The notes under the pieces were generated by a model. That model did no database searches, was not told the origin of the DNA, and saw nothing but the letters and a program-made list of their open reading frames with translations. Below, in pieces: positions 34,795-39,979 of a DNA stretch of 39,979 nt; positions within the stretch are counted from its first letter, which is position 1, and each line of letters opens with the position of its first letter. Origin of the DNA: a virus (taxonomy: Duplodnaviria > Caudoviricetes); IMG/VR virus record IMGVR_UViG_3300043384_000015, positions 1 through 39,979 of that record; one strand, written 5' to 3'. The translations under genes and the position numbers were made by a program.

Positions 34795-36552
34795 ATGAGC
34801 ACCTGCGTCGTCAACACTCTCAAAACGACCGACGGTCTGCACACGATCGACGTCGCGTCGATTTCGACCGGGGGCGCGGGTGTCATCACGTTCCCCTCGA
34901 ACACCAAGACCTTCCTCCGCGGCGACAACACGTTCGGCGTGACGCTGGCGCTGCCCGGCGTGAATGATCCGCCTTTTACGACGACCGTCACCACGTCGCA
35001 GGACGTGCAGCGGTTCATCAACAACGGCGACACGGCAACCGGGCGCGGTTGGGCATTTCGCTCCTCGCTCGGTGGGTTGAACGGCGCGCTCGGCTGGCAG
35101 ACCGCCGACGACACCGGGGCCTCGACCGGCAATTATGTGTTCCGCGCGGTGCGCAATGGGCTCCTGATGTCGGCATTGAACATGGTGCCGAATCAGGGGC
35201 GCATGACGGTCGGCACCTTCACCGACGACGGCGTGAACATGCTGCAGGTGACGGGCACGATCAGCGCCAGCGGCGGCCTCAACATGCCGGCGAGTTCGCG
35301 CCAGATCGTCGCGCCGAATATCACCTATGACCTCTATGGCGCGGTGGTCGCGGCCTCGTATTACATGAACGGCAGCGCAACCGTCAGCGGAGCCGGGCAA
35401 TCGCTGGAACTTATCTCACTGCGCCCCGCCTCGATCACGCTGTCGGGTGCGAACGCAGCGGCGACGTGCTTCTCGTTCGTCAATACCGTGACGAGCTCGA
35501 TCGCCGGCACGTCGGCGAACGGGTTGTCTGGGGCAGTCATCAACTCCGGCGCTGGCAAATCAAGCGGGGTTGTCGCCAGGGCGACCGGATCAGGCGCGGC
35601 AACCGGCGTGCTAATTGGCGTACAAGGCAGCGTTACCACGGTCGCCGGCACGGACGTCACGCAAACGTCAGCGATGCTCGCTTCCTTCACCGGGCCGACC
35701 ACCTGCCAATTCGGGCTGCAAATCACGGCGGAAGTGGCCGGCGATCGCTGCAACTACCCGATCAACGTCAGCCAGGCGACGCAGGTGGTCGGGGCGCATA
35801 TCCTGCTGCAGCGTGGAGCGGCTCCCTGCAACACGTCGGCCAACTTCCTGCAGTGCGACGACATCACCGCGGGGCAGACCTTCCTCAAGATCACGAGCGT
35901 CGGCTCGCTCGTGTTCGGCGGCACGGCGCAGCGCATCCAAGGCGATTTCAGCAACGCCACGATCGCGAATCGGGTCATCGTCCAGACCACGACCAACAAC
36001 GGCAACACCGTCGTCCCGTTCATCGCGGCCGGCACCGGCACGGCCTCAGGCATTCGCCTGCACAACTCGTCCGACACGCTCAACGCGGGCTATCTCACCT
36101 TCAACGCAGGCCCGGCTGGGCACGCGCTCAACGTGCAGAGCGTGGGCACCGGCGTCCTGCTGCCGATCGTGCTGCAGATGAACAGCGTCAACAATCTGCA
36201 GGTCACCGCGGCTGGTCGCGTGCTCTTGGGCGCCGCAGCAACCGACAACGTGACCGATGCGGTGCAGGTGACGGGTAACCTCGCGATCAATACGCTCGGC
36301 AACGGGCTGCGGGTGAAAGAGGGCGCGAACGCCAAAATGGGCACGGCGGTCCTCGTGGCCGGCACTCTGGTCGTCGCGAACACCTCGGTCACCGCGAACT
36401 CGCGCATTCTGCTGACCACGAACACCGTCGGTGGCACCGCGGGCTTCCTGGTCGTCAGCGCGCGCACGCCCGGCACCTCGTTCACGATCCTGTCGAGCAA
36501 CGTCGCGGACACTTCGACCGTCGCCTGGCAGATCTTCGAGCCGAGCGCGTAA
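34795..36552 (+). CDS. Tail fibre/spike 2
   Basis: 585 aa Gly/Thr/Asn-rich; TFLRGDNTF; C-terminal GLRVKEGANAKMGTAVLVAG...SVTANSRILLT domain. Confidence 0.8.
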   Translation: MSTCVVNTLKTTDGLHTIDVASISTGGAGVITFPSNTKTFLRGDNTFGVTLALPGVNDPPFTTTVTTSQDVQRFINNGDTATGRGWAFRSSLGGLNGALGWQTADDTGASTGNYVFRAVRNGLLMSALNMVPNQGRMTVGTFTDDGVNMLQVTGTISASGGLNMPASSRQIVAPNITYDLYGAVVAASYYMNGSATVSGAGQSLELISLRPASITLSGANAAATCFSFVNTVTSSIAGTSANGLSGAVINSGAGKSSGVVARATGSGAATGVLIGVQGSVTTVAGTDVTQTSAMLASFTGPTTCQFGLQITAEVAGDRCNYPINVSQATQVVGAHILLQRGAAPCNTSANFLQCDDITAGQTFLKITSVGSLVFGGTAQRIQGDFSNATIANRVIVQTTTNNGNTVVPFIAAGTGTASGIRLHNSSDTLNAGYLTFNAGPAGHALNVQSVGTGVLLPIVLQMNSVNNLQVTAAGRVLLGAAATDNVTDAVQVTGNLAINTLGNGLRVKEGANAKMGTAVLVAGTLVVANTSVTANSRILLTTNTVGGTAGFLVVSARTPGTSFTILSSNVADTSTVAWQIFEPSA

Positions 36553-37833
36553 ATGCCAAAGCGGCCGGCCCTGCTGGGGGATGTGCAGCGCCAGTGGCGT
36601 CGCCGCTACGGCATCTTCGACGAAGATCCGTTGCCGCCAGCGCCGGGCGGGACAGGCACGGTCACGCAGATCAACACGACGGCGCCGATCACCGGCGGCC
36701 CGATCACCACGACGGGAACCATCGGCGTCACCGACTTCGTGGCTTCCGGCCCGACGCATGCGCGGGGGACCGTCCCCGATCCCGGCGCGACTCCGGGCAC
36801 AAGCAACTTTCTGCGCGAGGACGCGACGTGGGCCGTGCCGGCGAGCAGCGGCGCTCCCGCTGACGCCGCGTTCGTGATGATCGGCAACGATGCGCGATTC
36901 AGCAACGAGCGCGCGCTGGCAGTAACCGCGCCGATGACGCTCACGGACGGCGGAGCGAACGCAAGCGCGACCATTGCCACGCCGACGATGGTCGCTTCAG
37001 GCGCGAGTCACGCGCGCGGCCTGACGCCGGACACGCCGGCGACTGCCGGAACGCTCCTCGTCCTGCGCGAAGACGGAACATGGGCGGATCTGACCCTTAT
37101 CCCGACCATCGTCGGCGGTGGTCTCGGCGGCAAGCGAAGCGGGCTATTTGATTCCAATACCGCGTCATTCACCCAAGGCTGGGGGACGTTCGCGTGCGCG
37201 ACTGTGATCGGCACGCATACGAACTCGCTGGCCGCGAACAGAGCCGACAGTTATCTCGCGCAGTACTGGCAGCGCATGACCTCGCCCGCGGCGGCCAACA
37301 GCAACGTGTTGGCGTGCCAAACCGGGGTGGGGCCGTGCAGCATGTGGTTTGGCGGCGTCGCCCTATCGGGCGGCTTTTACCTCAAGGGGCGGGCCGGGGT
37401 CGCGGAGACGTGGGTCTCGGGGTGGGCGTCCTTTTGGGGACTGCGCGCGTCGATCATCAATCCTGCGGCCGGCGCGAATCCGAGTTCGTTTGTCGACTGC
37501 GTGGGCATCGGCTTCGATGCGGCTGACGCGAATATGCAGGTGATGAACAACGACGCGGCGGGCACCTGCACCAAGACCGATCTCGGGGCGAGTTTCGCCA
37601 TCGGGGCGAGCAAGTTCTTCGACTATGAAATCTATGCTCCGGCTGGAACCGCGTCCTTCGTTTATCGGGTGGTGAACTACAGCAACGGGGCTGTCGCCTC
37701 GGGCACGATTTCGACCAATACCCCAACGGCGGCGACGGTCCTGCAATGGACGGGGGTGTACGGGACGAACGGCGCTACGGCCGTTGCCGGAGCCTTCGAT
37801 TTCGGGGGCGCCTTCTTCGAGACGACCGGCTGA
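36553..37833 (+). CDS. Tail fibre/receptor-binding protein 3
   Basis: Two VASG..HARG..PD...LRED.TWA fibre repeats and an aromatic beta-rich C-terminal domain. Confidence 0.75.
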   Translation: MPKRPALLGDVQRQWRRRYGIFDEDPLPPAPGGTGTVTQINTTAPITGGPITTTGTIGVTDFVASGPTHARGTVPDPGATPGTSNFLREDATWAVPASSGAPADAAFVMIGNDARFSNERALAVTAPMTLTDGGANASATIATPTMVASGASHARGLTPDTPATAGTLLVLREDGTWADLTLIPTIVGGGLGGKRSGLFDSNTASFTQGWGTFACATVIGTHTNSLAANRADSYLAQYWQRMTSPAAANSNVLACQTGVGPCSMWFGGVALSGGFYLKGRAGVAETWVSGWASFWGLRASIINPAAGANPSSFVDCVGIGFDAADANMQVMNNDAAGTCTKTDLGASFAIGASKFFDYEIYAPAGTASFVYRVVNYSNGAVASGTISTNTPTAATVLQWTGVYGTNGATAVAGAFDFGGAFFETTG

Positions 37834-37860
37834 CCGCTTCCGTTCCCGCCCTGTGGCGAG

Positions 37861-37893
37861 CGTGCCCGGTCCTGTGCCCGGTTGTGCCGGGTT
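37861..37893. repeat. Putative integrase arm-type sites (three copies)
   Basis: CGTGCCCGGT, TGTGCCCGGT and TGTGCCGGGT in tandem. Confidence 0.65.
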
Positions 37894-37901
37894 AACCGCC
37901 G

Positions 37902-37923
37902 CAATGATCCACGTGGAACATTG
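37902..37923. promoter_or_regulatory. 22-bp near-palindrome containing a parS-like 16-mer
   Basis: CAA-TGATCCACGTGGAACA-TTG; 37905-37920 matches TGTTCCACGTGGAACA at 15/16. Confidence 0.6.
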
Positions 37924-37948
37924 ATTCGCAAGGCGTTTTCGCGTGCCG

Positions 37949-37993
37949 GCCGGATTTCAAGTCCGGTGCATTCGACCACTCTGCCACCCATCC
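37949..37993 (-). other. attP core: 5' 45 nt of tRNA-Ser(UGA), a fragment rather than a full tRNA
   Basis: GGATGGGTGGCAGAGTGGTCGAATGCACCGGACTTGAAATCCGGC: acceptor 5' strand, D arm, anticodon arm CCGGA-CTTGAAA-TCCGG; no T arm or 3' acceptor strand; next to int. Confidence 0.85.
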
Positions 37994-38003
37994 TTGCCCT
38001 ATG

Positions 38004-39035
38004 TCATGCGGCCTTCGAGCCGCGTGCGCCGCTTCCTCCGTGTGCCCGGTTACGTGCCAGGTCAGCGTTTCCCGCGTAGCTCGCGACGTGCGACGGCGCA
38101 AGGTGAGCGTAGCGCATCACCATCGAGAGAGAGCGCCAGCCGCCGAGCTCTTGCAATACCGCGAGCGGCGTCCCCGCCTGAACATGCCAACTCGCCCAAG
38201 TGTGCCGCAGGTCGTGCCACCTGAAATGCTTGAGGCCCGCGGCCTTGCAAGACCGATTCCACGCGGTCATCCCTTGCCGCACCATCGCCCGACCTTGGTA
38301 GGGGAACACGAGCCGCGGGTGCGCGCTGCGCTGCGCCTTGAGGACCGCGATCGCCGAGTCGTTGAGCGGAACCGAGAGCGTGCGTCGCCCCTTCGCTTCA
38401 TCGGAATGGACCCACGCGATCCGGCGGCGCAGGTCGATCGCCGACCACTCGAGGTGCGTCACGTTGTGCCGCCGCAGCCCGGTCGCGAGCGCGAAGGCGA
38501 CCATCTGCGCCAGGTGCGGCGGGAGAGCGGCGATCAGCGCGCGCGCCTGCTCATGCGTGGCCCACGCGACCCGTTTAGCGGCCTCTGGTCGCTTCGGAAC
38601 CTTCGGGCGGGCGTCGAGCCATCCCCGCATCATTGCGTGGCCCAGGACGGCGGAAATGGCGGCCAGGTGACGGTTTACGGTGGCAGACTCGACGCCGTCC
38701 TTCGCCTTCCGGCGCCCGAGCTCGTCGAGCATGGCGCGATCGATCGTCGCGATCGGCTTGCCGGCGAGGAATTTCGACGCCCAGCGCAGTTGATCCTTGC
38801 GGTCGGACAGGGCGCGAAGATGCTGGTGCGCCTCGAGCCACGCTAGGACGGCGGTATCCCACGTAACGGCAGGACGTTCGCCGAGTCGGTCGCGTCGCCA
38901 GAGGTCGGACTTGAGGCGGTCGGCCCACTCTTGCGCCGCTTGGCGGTCGGCCGTGCCAGTGCTGCGTCTAACGCGCCGGGCCGCGTGCCAGAAGTCAACC
39001 CACCAGGTCTCGCCGTTGCGCCGGTAGAACCGCAT
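38004..39035 (-). CDS. int: Tyrosine integrase
   Basis: TGLRR (R), EAKG (K), WHDLRH (HxxR), LGGW, MRYAHL (Y); N-terminal arm-binding region WWVDF...RRSTGT. Confidence 0.95.
   Translation of the reverse strand: MRFYRRNGETWWVDFWHAARRVRRSTGTADRQAAQEWADRLKSDLWRRDRLGERPAVTWDTAVLAWLEAHQHLRALSDRKDQLRWASKFLAGKPIATIDRAMLDELGRRKAKDGVESATVNRHLAAISAVLGHAMMRGWLDARPKVPKRPEAAKRVAWATHEQARALIAALPPHLAQMVAFALATGLRRHNVTHLEWSAIDLRRRIAWVHSDEAKGRRTLSVPLNDSAIAVLKAQRSAHPRLVFPYQGRAMVRQGMTAWNRSCKAAGLKHFRWHDLRHTWASWHVQAGTPLAVLQELGGWRSLSMVMRYAHLAPSHVASYAGNADLARNRAHGGSGARGSKAA
38041..38062. repeat. Putative integrase arm-type sites (two copies, inside the int 3' end)
   Basis: TGTGCCCGGT and CGTGCCAGGT, same motif as 37861-37893. 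Confidence 0.6.
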
Positions 39036-39208
39036 TCGCCCTCCGGCGCGTATCTTGTGCGCAGCCACTCGATCACGTCAACGTCGACCAAAACCCACGC
39101 CCGGCCGACCTTTGCGGCGGGGAGCTTGTCGCGGCGGATCATGGCCGACACCGTCTCCGGCGTCGTGTTCAGGACCGTCGCGGCTTCGGCGAGCGTGAGG
39201 GTTCGCAT
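38843..39208 (-). CDS. xis: Excisionase (HTH_17-like)
   Basis: LTLAEAATVLNTTPETVSAMIRRDKLPAAKVGRAWV; overlaps the int start. Confidence 0.85.
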   Translation of the reverse strand: MRTLTLAEAATVLNTTPETVSAMIRRDKLPAAKVGRAWVLVDVDVIEWLRTRYAPEGECGSTGATARPGGLTSGTRPGALDAALARPTAKRRKSGPTASSPTSGDATDSANVLPLRGIPPS

Positions 39209-39558
39209 GGCTGAACAAACTTGATGAGGCGCAGTCTCTTGTCGCGCAATTCGTACACGCGATACTCGGCCGCAACGATGACCCTCCCGCGAAATGTCGC
39301 TATCCCCACGACCTTGCCGGCTTCCTCCGGTACGCTGGTGAGAAACGTCGGGCGCCGCGTCATCATCCCGCCGCCAGATAGTGTGCTGCGTGGGTCATGG
39401 GCGGCGCTCCCAGAACGTATGTACGTAGCGCCATACCCCACCGTGCCGAGAACGCACAGCCCCTTGTTGTCCCGCGTTTGCATCGCGCACTCCCCGCGCC
39501 ACATTCCAAGGAATAGCAGGTAGACCCATCGCTGGAATCGCGCAAGCAGAACGCTCAT
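39169..39558 (-). CDS. Hypothetical protein (the real gene may start at internal MMTRRP, ~39366)
   Basis: ATGA-coupled start MSVLL; open to 39169. Confidence 0.5.
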   Translation of the reverse strand: MSVLLARFQRWVYLLFLGMWRGECAMQTRDNKGLCVLGTVGYGATYIRSGSAAHDPRSTLSGGGMMTRRPTFLTSVPEEAGKVVGIATFRGRVIVAAEYRVYELRDKRLRLIKFVQPCEPSRSPKPRRS

Positions 39559-39665
39559 CTCCACTCTCCCGCCAGATAGCCCAGCGCGAAGGCCAGGATG
39601 ATCGCCAGCAGCGCGAGCCGGTCGCGGCGGCGCTCGTATATCGTCCGGGCGTATTCCCAGCTCAT
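39555..39665 (-). CDS. 36-aa single-TM protein (MSWEYARTIYERRRDRLALLAIILAFALGYLAGEWR; not in ORF track)
   Basis: ATGA-coupled at both ends. Confidence 0.65.
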   Translation of the reverse strand: MSWEYARTIYERRRDRLALLAIILAFALGYLAGEWR

Positions 39666-39850
39666 GCCCAACCATTGTCACGGTCTAATTGTTCGTGGGC
39701 TTCGTCGCGCTCCTGTTGTGCGGCGTCCCTCGCCCAGCGCTCGCACTCCCTGTCGCCGCAGGTATCATTCCTATCGCAGAAACTACGGTTCCACACGCCC
39801 ATGTCCTTTCCACAATAAGCACAGCAATGTCGTCGCTCTGGCGCGCTCAC
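39662..39850 (-). CDS. Small Zn-finger-like protein (CAYCG...TCGDREC)
   Basis: GTGA-coupled start within repeat C. Confidence 0.7.
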   Translation of the reverse strand: MSAPERRHCCAYCGKDMGVWNRSFCDRNDTCGDRECERWARDAAQQERDEAHEQLDRDNGWA

Positions 39851-39869
39851 TCCGTCCGCTCCCCGGCGA
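39841..39869. repeat. Junction repeat C, copy 2
   Basis: Matches 351-379. Confidence 0.9.
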
Positions 39870-39979
39870 TGGCGGCGTCGACGGCAATGCACAATGCATC
39901 GTCTGCGTCATCATCGTCTTCTGTAGAGTCGCGCCAAATAACAGCGGCATCCACTATCCTCTGCGCCTCCTGTAGCTGG
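39847..39979 (-). CDS. 3' part of the junction-spanning gene that starts at 191
   Basis: In frame after collapsing the 102-bp overlap; ends AGERTE-TGA. Confidence 0.7.
   Translation of the reverse strand, partial: QLQEAQRIVDAAVIWRDSTEDDDDADDALCIAVDAAIAGERTE
39878..39979. repeat. Terminal direct repeat identical to 1-102
   Basis: Exact match. Confidence 0.97.

Larger units (their letters stand above)
1..39979. mobile_element. Temperate podovirus genome (BPP-1/epsilon15-like virion genes, lambdoid early region), probably complete; unit length about 39,877 bp
   Basis: Full set of packaging, head, tail, lysis, replication, immunity and int/xis/attP genes; 102-bp terminal overlap; an ORF reads in frame across the joined ends. 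Confidence 0.93.

Noticed and set aside
32892-37833. Diversity-generating retroelement as in BPP-1
   Set aside because: No reverse transcriptase ORF recognised and no TR/VR pair seen; repeat A copies are identical, without adenine-specific mismatches
37905-37993. Complete phage-encoded tRNA-Ser
   Set aside because: After the anticodon arm there is no GTTCRA T arm and no CCCATCC 3' acceptor strand; only the 5' 45 nt are tRNA-like

Overview
The window is an apparently complete, circularly closed ~39.9-kb temperate podovirus genome with high GC; bases 1-102 repeat at 39878-39979. Its T7-type virion module (BPP-1/epsilon15-like order: TerS, TerL, portal, scaffold, capsid, tail tubes A/B, acetyltransferase-fold protein, ejection proteins, three tail fibres) is joined to a lambdoid control region (repressor/cro, five 16-bp operators, PL/PR, O-like initiator, SF4 helicase) and an xis-int-attP module. 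Spanin- and lipoprotein-like genes imply a Gram-negative host. The most unusual observations are: (1) the distal PL operon, which crosses the contig ends, is an array of small translationally coupled genes whose borders are reused exact repeats, consistent with a gene-cassette shuffling region; (2) attP carries the 5' half of tRNA-Ser(UGA) rather than the usual 3' end, 10 nt after the int stop; (3) a 15/16 match to chromosomal parS lies inside attP although the phage encodes no ParB; (4) a lipoprotein plus 2-TM gene pair sits in the rex position; (5) a 3.9-kb lysis/accessory block with a glycoside-hydrolase-like lipoprotein interrupts the tail core. All product calls come from motif recognition by eye; no database searches were run.
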